Assembly (NCBI GenBank): GCA_052055015.1
Contig: JBQJIT010000006.1
Source: Malassezia furfur
Lineage: Eukaryota
Length of the DNA stretch: 64,000 nucleotides
Direction: 5' to 3' (one strand)
The position numbers and the translations under genes were made by a program. The notes beneath the pieces were generated by a model. It ran no database searches and was not told the origin of the DNA. It saw only the letters and a program-made list of their open reading frames with translations. Shown one piece after another: positions 11,538 through 22,314 of this stretch. The first letter of the stretch is position 1; each line of letters starts with the position of its first letter.

Positions 11538-12392
11538 CTATGTAGACGCGAAAGGCATGGACCCCATCCACGATCCGCGCCGATGCACCGCTGGCAGCAC
11601 GGTGTGCTCTTGTACCGTTGTGCCGCATCGTGCGCGATTCCGCAGCGGTGAGACGTCGGCAGACCCGCTCACGCACGCAGTCGATGGCGGTGGCAGTGAC
11701 TTGCGCAGGGAGTACGATTCGAGACTTGCCAGCAACTCGCTAAAACACGCATCGATCAGGGGACTCGTCAGCTCGGCTCGCCGCGGCACAATCCCATAGC
11801 AGTGCAAATCGTTCTGCAACAAGGGCTCAGCCAATGGTGAGGCGGTACCCAATAGCCACTCGACTTTGCTCTTGTACACCGGCTGGTTGGGATGGTCAGG
11901 GTCCGTGTACAGCTTTACGCTACCGCCGAGTCGGAACTCCCGGTCCAGCCGCGAAAGACGGCGCACAAGTCCTCGGACCTTGTGTAGGCATGTGTTCGCC
12001 TCATCTTCTGTCCCACACAGCTGAATGACCCACTGCACCTCGGGCGCCCGCTCCTGCTCAAACCCAGTGAGAGAAAGGAAGCACGCATGACCCTCGCTGC
12101 AATCCTCAGTCCAGAGGTCAATTTGGCTGCGGGCATGTAGCTCAAGTTGCGCAACGGTGGTTGTGTGTCCTTTCTTGATTGCATACAGGGTTGTGTGGAA
12201 TGCGAGCGGCTCTTCGTCATGCACCACTACGTATTCGCGTCCGGACCCCGCCTTGGACGACAAAAACCGCACCGGCCACGCCCGAGACCGCCGCGGCTGG
12301 CCCGCTTGCGCGTGGCTCGGCTCGCGCGCGATATGTCTGGCACCACAGAATTGGTACACGCTTTGGTCACGGACATTGCATGCGCGCGGCAT
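11538..12392 (-). CDS. Hypothetical protein, possibly a divergent Rec114-like meiotic double-strand-break factor
   Basis: 284-aa ORF filling the space between LOS1 and CAP1. N-terminal WPVRFLS, then VIQLCGTEDEANTCLHKV, and LIDACFSELLASLE resemble Rec114 signature segments. Confidence 0.5.
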   Translation of the reverse strand: MPRACNVRDQSVYQFCGARHIAREPSHAQAGQPRRSRAWPVRFLSSKAGSGREYVVVHDEEPLAFHTTLYAIKKGHTTTVAQLELHARSQIDLWTEDCSEGHACFLSLTGFEQERAPEVQWVIQLCGTEDEANTCLHKVRGLVRRLSRLDREFRLGGSVKLYTDPDHPNQPVYKSKVEWLLGTASPLAEPLLQNDLHCYGIVPRRAELTSPLIDACFSELLASLESYSLRKSLPPPSTACVSGSADVSPLRNRARCGTTVQEHTVLPAVHRRGSWMGSMPFAST

Positions 12393-12494
12393 GCATGCAC
12401 TCCTTCACGCTGGCAGGGTTTATATGTACGAAAGGTCATCCTTGTCTATTCATTGTTGGTGCACGGACCACCCCGAACAAAGAAGCTCCACGTG

Positions 12495-13712
12495 CTACTG
12501 ATTGGCCAGCTCGGCACCGAGTTTGTAGCTCACGGCTTTGTCCCAATCAATCTTTTGCCGCGTGATGGGCAGAGTGCGACGCAGCGCTTTGAATGCCCGA
12601 TCGCGCAACATGTCCGTTGTAGCAAACAAAGCAGTTTGATAGTCCTGCTCATGTTTCTCAATCGCCGCCGCGACAGCCTTCGCGAAGGTCTCCGGCGACC
12701 CACCTTCAACATCCATCACCGGAAGGTCATTGTTTTCCGTGTTCAACTGGACATTCCCATTCTCAAAATAGTGTGCATTGACATGAATTGAGGCAGACAC
12801 GAACTTAGCAGTGTTCGGGTCAATGACGTACGTAGACCGCCAACGGCCCGACCAGAAATTGCGGAGATTGTATTTGTTGCCCACGATGTGAACGGTAAGA
12901 TGAGCATGGCCTTCGGTGTGGCTCGCAGCAGAGGATGCAGGCACAGCTTCTGCTGCAGACTCCTCACTGGGTTCCTGCGCATCCGTCTTCGCTTCGCCCT
13001 CGGGCTCCGCAGACGGGGTAGTAGCTTTGGTGTCGGCCTTGGCGTCTTCGGTGCTCTCTTCCAGTGGCGCAGCCGAGGATGCTTCGGTTTCGGGAGCCTC
13101 TTTGGCTTCAGAAAGCGTGTTCATAGCCTCTGATGACTCTGTCTTCGCTTCAGCGCTCGCATCTGGTTCAATCTGAACACTCTCGGTCTCCATGGTGGAC
13201 AACCCCTCCTCTTGCGGCTCGGGAAGATGCTCCGCTTCCGCAAAGGGCGTCGGGGTAAACACCGAGGAGACGCCCGTGTGGAAGTGATTGTACACGTATT
13301 TGCCGAGGCGCTCATCGATCTCGCTGCGTAGGGTTTCGAGCGTGCTAACGCCGGCATACGGCTCAATGTTGGTTGCGGTTTCCTGTGCATGATCGTAGGT
13401 AAACGCGTGCTTCGTCTTGGGATGCAGATAGCGTGCGCCCTTCTCAGAGTTGACTTTCGCTTCGTGGCACACAATGGCATCGTGCTTCTTGCCATCCACC
13501 TCGATGGGAGCCACCATGAGCTGCTCGTGATTGTGCTGCTCTAGGTATGGCTGGGCATGTGTTAGCAAAGAATCGGTCGAGCTAGACGAATTAGCCGAGC
13601 CTCCAGAAACTATCCCCTGCAAGTCGTGAAGTACATGCTTGAGTTGACCTGGGGGTGTTTGGAGTAGAAGCGGAAGGCACTGTTCAGCTGTGTTGCTCTT
13701 CCCCTCACTCAT
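12495..13712 (-). CDS. CAP1: F-actin capping protein alpha subunit with a long acidic insertion
   Basis: LLQTPPGQLKHVLHDL, IVGNKYNLRNFWSGRWRS, HYFENGNVQL, FKALRRTLPITRQKIDWDK. Confidence 0.92.
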   Translation of the reverse strand: MSEGKSNTAEQCLPLLLQTPPGQLKHVLHDLQGIVSGGSANSSSSTDSLLTHAQPYLEQHNHEQLMVAPIEVDGKKHDAIVCHEAKVNSEKGARYLHPKTKHAFTYDHAQETATNIEPYAGVSTLETLRSEIDERLGKYVYNHFHTGVSSVFTPTPFAEAEHLPEPQEEGLSTMETESVQIEPDASAEAKTESSEAMNTLSEAKEAPETEASSAAPLEESTEDAKADTKATTPSAEPEGEAKTDAQEPSEESAAEAVPASSAASHTEGHAHLTVHIVGNKYNLRNFWSGRWRSTYVIDPNTAKFVSASIHVNAHYFENGNVQLNTENNDLPVMDVEGGSPETFAKAVAAAIEKHEQDYQTALFATTDMLRDRAFKALRRTLPITRQKIDWDKAVSYKLGAELANQ

Positions 13713-13804
13713 CGTGGTGACAGACGACCGATGTGGAGGGGTTGTGCCGCGGGGTGCGACACGTGGAAACACTTGGTTGCGGCCACCACGGCGCACGGTG
13801 CACG

Positions 13805-14492
13805 ATGAATGTCGAGAACTTGCCACCGTTCACGACAGTGTGGGTGGTGAGTGCCTTGACACTTTCTGCTCTTGAGAAACTGGAATTTGTGTCTCGATAC
13901 CAACTCTTTTACTCTTCCCACTTGGTTTTCCATGCGGGCCAATATTGGCGGCTGCTAACGTCCTTCATGTACTTTGGTTCCTTCAGCAGCTACTATTTGT
14001 TCAATCTGCTGGTAACCATGCGGTACTCTTACATGCTGGAAGTGGAAACGTTCGGGACGACAAGACGCGCAGACTACGCATGGCTCCTGCTCGTCTCTTC
14101 TCTCATCCTCCTAAGCCTTAGCTCGCTCCTTTCTATGCCATTCCCCGGAGACGGACTATCGTATGTGCTCATGTATATCTGGAGCCGCAAAAACCGACAC
14201 ATCCGCATGGGCTTGTTTGGTCTAATCGTATTCTCGGCCCCGTACCAGCCGTACATCATCACCGCTATCAATTGGGCACTGCAAGGCAACAGTGCCGAAT
14301 TCCTGCATGATGTGGCATCCTTGCTTGTGGGACATCTAGGTATGTGCGGACAACTCTGACCCAGTGTTCTTCTTGACTGACATTTGGCCAAACGAATACG
14401 AGTCGAACGGCTACAAATTCCTGGAACCACCACTTTTATGGTACGTCACAAGTTCTTTTCGCTTATACAGGCGACGGTTATGGGATTTCTAA
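13805..14492 (+). CDS. DER1: Derlin (ERAD); introns 14340-14364 (25 nt) and 14441-14470 (30 nt)
   Basis: LPPFTTVW, QYWRLLTSFMYFG, YIWSRKN, APYQPY; splicing gives VGHL|VFFLTDIWP. Confidence 0.85.
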
Positions 14493-14625
14493 AAGCATTC
14501 AGCCATCCCTGCCAGGATCTGGGCCGCCCTGCCTTGGCCCCCATCATACCCCCGTCCAGTAGTGCAGCGGCTGGCAGCTGACTAATTTGTATTTTTTGGT
14601 TCCGATTGCACGCCGGTGTCGAAGA

Positions 14626-16883
14626 ATGTCGGCAGCATGGCGCAGATGGCTCGGACTTGCGGTTGTGAGCGAGCCTCGAGCGCTGTATGTGCCTTCGAGG
14701 ACGCTTCATAGCACTTCGTGTGCTCCCAAAAAGGCGGCGTCGAAATACACCAAATATATGATGCTCAATGCACGGAACAAGCGGAGCAGTGAGCGTGCAT
14801 CGAAAACTCCCCGACCTGAGCCAGCAGCGAAAGCGACCAAAAAGACAAAGAAGGAGAAGGCCGTGTCAGAAAAGATGGCAAACTCGGTCGAGAAAGCGGA
14901 CAGTGCGCCAAAACCCGCGGTAGTTGCAGCGTCCTCGGCAGCCCCCGCCCCTGCGGCTTCGCCCCCACCGAAAGTGGTTTCCTTCCCGCGGCCGTCCGCG
15001 CGTCGTATACCTCGTCCTACCAGTTTCCTTCGTGGGGAAGATGCGGACCGTGCTCGTACCGTGCGTCTAGAAGAGTACAAGGATGGACAAGGAAGAGACG
15101 GCGAGCGAGTAGGTCGATTGGCCGCATCCGATGTGACGGTCGAAAGTATGTGCCTTTGACTGACCCAGCCGTGCCTCCGCTGCGGAAAATGCAGGTTGCT
15201 ACTTTGGCTCATGGACTGGACAGGGTATTGTTCAAGTACGTCGACAACTAACGCAGCCCTGGTGTGCACTGGCTCCGCGACCGACACTCGGGCATTTACA
15301 ATTACGACCGCCAGCTCCAAAAAGTGCTCGACGTGGACCTGTTTGACTACGGTGCTCTTCCGCCCTATCTTACATCTAGCAAGGACCCTGAGCTGCTCGC
15401 CATCACCAAAAAGTATGGCAAACGTTTCTGTGGCAGCACCAGCAGTATGACGGGTTTGTTAAGTCACTGTTACTATCTGCTGAGCCGTTGGAAAGAGCCT
15501 GAACTGCATGGTTTTAGCCCGAGTTTCTGTGACATGCCCACCGGGTTTAGTGAGGGTGCTAAGCTACCGGTGTCGGTCCGGCTGCAGCGCCAGCCGGACG
15601 GATTTTACGCCATCGATGCAGACAAAGGCTCGGATGGCGAAATTGACAATTCCAACTACGTGTTGACGTCGCTGGGCAAAAGCCTGGAGAAGTATCTAAC
15701 GGTGCCGCTCAAGGAGTACGCTATGTACGAGCGCATCAACAGCCACAAACTTCCCAAGAGCGCACGGGAGGCGAAGGAGGCATACCATTACGCACAGTCC
15801 TCCCAATTCCTCATGCGGTCGCAGCTGGATTGCTCTGATGAGCGCCTTCCAAACCGCACGTTTGATTTGAAGACGCGGGCGTGCGTCTCCATTCGGCATG
15901 ACCGCGCAAACTACGCTGAGAGTAGCGGCTACCAAATTCTGCAATCCAACGGCCTGTGGGAGTCGTTCGAGCGTGAGTATTGGGACATGGTTCGCGCCGC
16001 ATTCCTCAAGTACAACTTCCAGGTGCGCATTGGCAACATGGATGGGATTTTTGTGGCGTATCACAACACCTCCCAGTTGTTCGGTTTCCAGTATATCACG
16101 TTGGATGAGATGAGTGAGCGTCTGTTTGGCAGTGCGCAGATGGGAGAGCTGGCGTACCGCCTCTCGCTTGGCCTCCTTGAAAAGATTCTGGAGGCCGCCG
16201 TGGAGCATTTCCCCGACGAGTCATTGGGCATCACGCTTGAGACGCGCGCAGGAGCGAGTGCAATGAATGTACTGGTGCAGAGCGAAGACGGCTCTCGCAT
16301 CATGCAGTTTGACGTGACCATGGACCGCTATCTGAACAATGCGCTGGTGCGCGGCCCGGTCGACCCCGCTGGAATCAATGGAACACTGAGCGATGCACAG
16401 CTGGAGGAGGTGCGGACGGGACGGTCTAGCCAAACCAACCTATCGGACTTGACATGGCACGTTGACTACTGTATCACGCCGCGTCACGATCTGAGCCCCG
16501 TGCATATGCGGAGCAATTTGCAGGATATCCGGCAACGACAGCAGGCGCTGCAGTCGATGGTGCTTCCTAATGTCGAGAAGCTCAACGAACGCGAAGAATA
16601 CCGCATCGATGTACTTTCTGAGCGCCCTCGCGCTCTGGCACGGTTCCTGGAAGAGCGCGAGAATGGTACTGCGATCGGTATGCCCCGTGCCCCCGGCCAA
16701 CTGAGCACTCGCGAGATTATGGAGCGCAAAGGCATGGCACTGGTCAAGTCGGTGCCCAAGCCTACGCAGCTCCCCGACCAGCCCGACATCAAGTGGCAGC
16801 GCATCCCCGATGCCACCACCCGCAAGCTGCGCGAGCTGAGCCGCCAGGGTGCGGAAGAGTACAAAGCACATGGCACAAAATAG
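14626..16883 (+). CDS. PET127: Mitochondrial 5'-3' exoribonuclease Pet127; introns 15146-15168 (23 nt) and 15236-15256 (21 nt)
   Basis: Spliced LAHGLDRVLFN|PGVHWL, GSTSSMTGLLSH, MRSQLD, FDLKTRA, FEREYWDMVRAAFLKY, QVRIGNMDGIFVAYHN. Confidence 0.92.
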
Positions 16884-17097
16884 CCATGCAAACAGTGTAA
16901 CATAGCCTACAATACGCGATGGGCAAACGCGCAAAGAGCGCTGTTCGATTCCGGTCTATTTTGAAAACAGATACAGCTCACGCAGCTCAGTGTGCGCCAC
17001 TAAATACGCGGTGCATCTAGACCAAGCGGGTGCAGCACCGTACCGTGCGCGATTCAAATACAAATCGCGAGATGGACATCACTTGCAGCATACTCGC

Positions 17098-17811
17098 TTA
17101 GAAGCGGAGGGCGTGCGGCTTGTCGCCCTTGGAGAGGGAGAAGGTAGCAGCCAGGTATTTGGCAAGGATCGGGCCCTGCTTCTTGACCGAAGCAACGACC
17201 TCCTTGTCGATCGCCTTCTGGTCCGCCACCTTGTTCTCCGGCAGCGGGGCCTTGTTGGCGGGGTCAGCAAAGAACGAGGCCTCCGCCTTGGTCTTCGCGG
17301 CCTTCTCGCGGCGGAAGTATGCGTCGTCAAGCTTAGCATCAACCTGGACGTTGCTCAAGTCGACCTTGGTGCTGGTGGCGATCACGTACGCCTGGTTGAC
17401 ACGGCGGAGGGGAACACCGTTCAGCTTGAAGGGGCCCGTAACCAGAAGCAGACCGCTCTCGAGCTGCTTCAGGAACACCACGCGCTTGCCACGGAAGCGG
17501 CCGGCGAGGAGGATCAGCACCGTACCGGGGGTGATGCTCTCACGCAGCTTGGTGGGCTTGGGCGTCTTGCGGTTCACCTTTTTGGTGCGCACGTCGTCAG
17601 CCGGGTAGAAGCGCTGCGCCTTGCTGGTCGGCACCACACGCTTGCCAGCGTTCTTGGCACCACCAACCGCCTTCTCCTTGGTGGCAGCGGGCTCCTCAGC
17701 AGCCTTGGCAACGGGCTTGCGCTCGGCGTGCTTGTAGCCACCCTTCTTGGAGTAGAGCTTGCTGCGACCGAGACGGCCAACGTAGGGGCTAATCGTGCTG
17801 TTGCGGGCCAT
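17098..17811 (-). CDS. RPL6: 60S ribosomal protein L6 (eL6), intronless
   Basis: [29 protein letters not shown]...[24 protein letters not shown]. Confidence 0.96.
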   Translation of the reverse strand: MARNSTISPYVGRLGRSKLYSKKGGYKHAERKPVAKAAEEPAATKEKAVGGAKNAGKRVVPTSKAQRFYPADDVRTKKVNRKTPKPTKLRESITPGTVLILLAGRFRGKRVVFLKQLESGLLLVTGPFKLNGVPLRRVNQAYVIATSTKVDLSNVQVDAKLDDAYFRREKAAKTKAEASFFADPANKAPLPENKVADQKAIDKEVVASVKKQGPILAKYLAATFSLSKGDKPHALRF

Positions 17812-18156
17812 GGTTGGCTGTTCGGTGTTAGTATCTGGGCTCTCGGATGGCGACGAAAAGCGGGCTTTGAAACAGCCAGCACGTAGAACAATGATATGTT
17901 CACGTAAAGGATGTATCGCGCGCCTTTGCGCAAATGCACACGTACCAAAAGTGAATCCACTCAGTTGGCCTTGATGGTTAAGAGCAGAAATCGGCCGCAG
18001 CGGCTCCACTGCTTTCCCTGAGCGCGTCCGAAGAACTGGCGGCGGCCCCCATCCATGATATCACGTGCTCTGTGTAAAACTAGATAGTGACCCGGCCGAG
18101 ACCACGTGGGATGAGTCATCATTTGGTCCAAACGCAGGGTCCACCGCCGACGTGCC

Positions 18157-19822
18157 ATGCGCATCGGCGCAGCTTGGGCCAGGTGTGGAGTGTGGTGGCT
18201 TCGCAAAGGATACGCATCCATGAGCAACGCACGCCGCGGCTATGCGGAGGCAATTGACGCACTCAACTCGCTTCAATCCAATGCAGCAACGATTGAAGCG
18301 ATGCGCAAGAGCGGAAAGACGGTTAACGAGCTTAATGAGCCTGAAATGACCGAGTACTTGGAACGCATCGGACACAAGCGCCATGAGCTCGACCAGATCA
18401 ATGTCGTGCACATCACCGGCACCAAGGGCAAAGGATCAACTGCTTCTTTCTGTGATTCGCTCCTTCGTGAATTTCGCACAAGCGAAACGCAAAAGATCGG
18501 CCTGTATACCTCGCCTCATATGGTTGCTGCTCGCGAGCGCATCCGTATCGACGGTGTGCCACTGTCAGAAGACGATTTCGCTCGTTTTTTCTGGGAGGTC
18601 TGGGACCGCCTGGAGACCAACTCTGAGCGTAAATTTGAAGTGACTCCGCTCCGACCTATCTACTTTCGTTTCATGACCTTGTTGGCATTCCATGTCTTCA
18701 TTACCGAGCGCGTTGCTGCGACGCTACTCGAGGTGGGCATTGGTGGAATGTACGACTCCACAAACATTGTGAACCATCCCATTGTGACTGGTGTGACGCC
18801 TTTGGGTCTGGACCACACCGCCATTCTCGGAAATACTATTGAGGAGATCGCCGTGCAAAAAGCAGGGATCTTCAAAAGCGGTGCCCCAGCCATGACCACC
18901 GCACAGCCTGAGAATGCTTTGGATGCCATGCGTGCGTATGCCGAAAAAGTGAACGTCTCGAAATTCGAGGTCGTCCCTGAACTCGCGTGCTTGAAGTCGG
19001 TTGCACTTGGTCTGCCGGGTATGCATCAGCGCACAAACGCGAGTCTTGCCGTTGCACTGGTCCGTGCCTTTGCTGAGTCGGAGGCTGGGAAGTCCATTGT
19101 GCCCGATGCAGCCGATGCACTGCAGACGGACGGCAGCCAGGTGTCGAACAAGGCAGTCAAGGCGCTCGAGACGGCCTTTTGGCCCGGGCGCTGTCAGGTG
19201 GTACCGGCACTCGAAACCGCTGGTGCAACCTATTTCTTGGATGGTGCGCATACGATCGAAAGCATTCAGTTCTGTGTGCGTTGGTACCTCGATCAGGTGT
19301 TGCACTCGCCGGAGAAGCGTGTGCTTGTGTTTAACTGCACCAACATGCGGTCCGGCACCACACTTTTGGGTGCGCTGATTGGCGAGTTAAAGCATCGGGT
19401 TCCCAAAGATGACATTCCTACCTTCTTTTCGCGCGTCTATTTCTGCACCAACAACACGTTTGCAGATGGCGGCTCGGCGAGCGGTACGTAACGAAACTGA
19501 CGCAGACTTGGTGTCGCGCGCCGTGGACAGCAAAGACCTGGAGAGCATGAAGCTACAGCAGGAACTACTCCGCGCCTGGTGCTCACTGCTGCAGCTTTCC
19601 GAGCCGGCTACTGGTCAATTGACGGTAAGCGTCGGAGAGTCGTCAGTTGTGCAAGTGATGCCGAGCATCGAACATGTCATGCGCGCCGTCAAGGATTTGA
19701 ACAACACTCCCAATGTCTTTGTGGCGGGCAGTCTGCACTTAGTGGGCGGTTTCATGGCCCATCTGCAAAACCAAGGCGTGCTCGATGAGCGCCTGGCCAG
19801 CTGCAGTGCCAAGACTGCGTAA
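18157..19822 (+). CDS. MET7: Folylpolyglutamate synthase; 22-nt intron 19484-19505; second in-frame ATG at 18220
   Basis: HITGTKGKGST, YTSPH, RERIRIDG, EVGIGGMYDSTN, WPGRCQ, LDGAHT, and VFVAGSLHLVG in exon 2. Confidence 0.93.
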
Positions 19823-19890
19823 TTTCTCCACATAGCATACCCGGAAGTCCCCACCTCCACTTGAGCGGACCGAGCTGCACCGGGAATACC

Positions 19891-21843
19891 ATGACGTGGG
19901 CAACAGTGCAATGCGTGCGAGCTGTCAGCTCAGCAGCTCGTAGTCATGCATGGGCACGAGCATCTGGGATCCATGGAAGCCATGGGCGTGTCTTAACACC
20001 TACGTGCTGGTGTACGCGCCGGCCACTGACCTCCTCTGCTGTGCAGCCGAATAAGTCCGAACACGCTCGGCAGCAGTTCCGCGAGGACGGCCTGGCCGAA
20101 CGTGAGGCCGATTCCAAGGACGTGAAGGAAGCCGAGAAACGGGGGTTTGATCCGTCCAATTACAAGTCCCAGGACGGCGAAGAGCTTAACGAACGACTCA
20201 CCTTCCGTGAGGAAGCCTCAGCGGAGCGCGTGGCCGATGCACAGGACGTCGACGAGGCGGAACGACGCGGGTACAATCCAAACGACTACAAGAAGCCTCC
20301 TAGTGAAGAGGATGTGCGTAAAGACTTTGAACAGGATGCGGCTGCCGAGCGTGAAGCCGATGCGAAAGACTTGGCCGCCGCCAAAGAGCGTGGATACAAC
20401 CCAGCTGATTATGAAAAGAGCGGTGAAAGCGAGCAAGACAAAATGCGTGACGATTTCCGCGAGGATGCTCTGGCAGAGAGCGAAGCGAATCAAGAGAACA
20501 ACGCTGCAGCTCAGAGGCGGGGCTTTAACCGATACCCTGCATCGTTTGTTCTGCCGACGACGGTGCCCCACATTGATCGCCTCACCAAATCCGAGGCCCA
20601 CCACCGCCAGAAACTTTTGCATCTGCTCAACCTGATGAACTTGCCGCAATTTTTGCACGCGTTTGCCTATGGCTCGGGAGTGTTCAGTCAGACGCCTACG
20701 GCCAAGCGACAGCCAAACGGGACGCCACCCATGATCGACATGGTCATTTCCGTGCAGAATCCCGTGCATTGGCACAGCCGAAATATGATTAACAATCCCT
20801 CACATTATCCTTGGTGGGTGCGTATGGCGCCGTCGTGGGTGCTTCGTCGGGTGCAAAACATGGGTGCCGGTGTGTGGTACATCCCCTACGTAAAGGTCGA
20901 AGACAAGGTATGTGCAAGTGCTCACGCAGATCGTCAAATACGGTGTCGTCTCCGTCGACCGGTTGTGCAAGGATCTCCTTCAGTGGGACAGTCTGTATCT
21001 GAGCGGGCGTATGCAGAAGCCGGTGGCCACCCTATTCGACTCCACGGAAGGCCGCGTGCCCCTTGCAGAGCAGGCGAACTTGGCGTCTGCGCTGCGTGCG
21101 TCATTTTTGCTGTTGCCCGAGCGCTTCAATGAGCGAGACCTGTACACCAAAATGGCGTCGCTGAGTTACATGGGCGACTTCCGTATGCGTGTCCCGGGCG
21201 GTGAGAACAAGAATAAGATCCGCAACATCGTCGAGAACCAGCACACCTGGTTCCGTTTCATGTGCGCAGACCTGGTCACGCGCTTCCGTTTCGTGACGGT
21301 GGAATCAAACCCTAACATGGAATGGCTCCAGCTCAAGGTAGGCAGTCCACACTGACCCAGCAAAACGTTTCGCCTAGCATGCGTGCCTCCATTGCATCCA
21401 ACCTCCCTAAGACCCTTCGCAAGCGCATCATCAAGCACTACCTCTCGACGCCTTCAGAGCACCCCTTGTTCAAAGAGCTGGCAGAAATGGGGATGGAAGC
21501 GTTTGACCGGAGCGCAACGACCCCACAGACTCTTCCTCGAAGTCATGACCTGAGTGAAGAGGAAGCCAAGATCGAGAACCTTGCGTCGGGGGCCACCTCG
21601 AACGAGGACCAGTTACCGCCGCTCATTACGCGGTTTTGGCTAGCCGTCGTGCAACAGGACAATTTCAAGGATGTGCTTATGGAGCTCATTGCTCAGACGG
21701 TGAAGAAGCCTGCAGAGGTTCAGTCGCTCAAAGGTCTGTTTACCGCAGGCGTAACGCGTTCGATCCGCTATCTGCTCTCCAAGTTGTCCAAGGTACGTTG
21801 TATGTTACTTACTCAGTATCGCGAGGGCCAAAAGTCGGAGTAG
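19891..21843 (+). CDS. TAM41: Mitochondrial phosphatidate cytidylyltransferase Tam41 with an N-terminal repeat array; introns 20908-20929, 21338-21360, 21793-21816
   Basis: AFAYGSGVFSQ, MIDMVISV, WHSRN, spliced EDK|IVKYGVVS, YLSGRMQKPV, SYMGDFRM, GENKNKIRNIV, QSLKGLFTAG. Confidence 0.9.
20077..20535 (+). repeat. Four coding tandem repeats of 41-43 aa inside TAM41
   Basis: Units begin at 20077, 20203, 20326 and 20455; consensus F(R/E)(E/Q)(D/E)xxAExxA(D/N)xx(D/N)xxxAxxRG(F/Y)(D/N)PxxY. Confidence 0.85.
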
Positions 21844-21874
21844 TTGAAATTTGGCGTATTCTCCACAATGACAC

Positions 21875-22125
21875 CTAGGTGGACTTCGGTCAGCTATCAA
21901 GGAAAGTGAGCAAGGCGCTAGCCCGATGGCGCAAACCCAAATGAAGCTGCAGTGTGATGCTTTGTCATACAAATGAAGATGGTGATGGGCAATTATGACA
22001 GAGCGCGACGTAGACCTACTTTTGCTCGGCCGTTGGTCTGTGCGGTACCCGCCTGCTTCGTACCATAAGCCCGTGACCCCATTTTTGGCGAGCTTCAGAA
22101 TCAACCAATGTACGCTCGCCTATGA
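21875..22125 (+). ncRNA. Putative structured ncRNA (several hairpins, Sm-like ATTTTTGG, terminal hairpin); family unidentified
   Basis: Stems 21959-69/21994-22004, 22009-16/22035-42, 22044-48/22060-64 and 22087-93/22114-20. G-U pairs favour the + strand. Confidence 0.4.
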
Positions 22126-22314
22126 TGTGTATGCTAGTTTTGTGCCATTTGGCGGCCATCCTGAAAGCAAGGCAACTTTCGCGCGCACACCCCTTCTCCC
22201 ACGCTCCCTATCGGCGCGAGCACAAGAATGAATGTGTGTATGTAAGCAAGCCCGCACGGACCCAAGCGCGTCGATCGGGTGGAGTAGCCAGACTCCCGTA
22301 CTCGATTGCCCAAC

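Noticed and set aside
21307..21316. AAACCCTAAC as a telomerase template
   Set aside because: Lies inside the TAM41 coding sequence (SNPNM) with no supporting structure
15159..21355. Apparent frameshifts or pseudogenes in PET127, MET7 and TAM41 (also ADE2, SEC6, PEX10 elsewhere)
   Set aside because: Every break is resolved by a GT-AG micro-intron with a branch motif that restores conserved residues
22060..22185. RNase MRP-like motifs on the minus strand (GAAAGTTGCC ... CACGGGCTTA)
   Set aside because: The P4 helix does not pair properly, the spacing is too short, and G-U pairs favour the + strand
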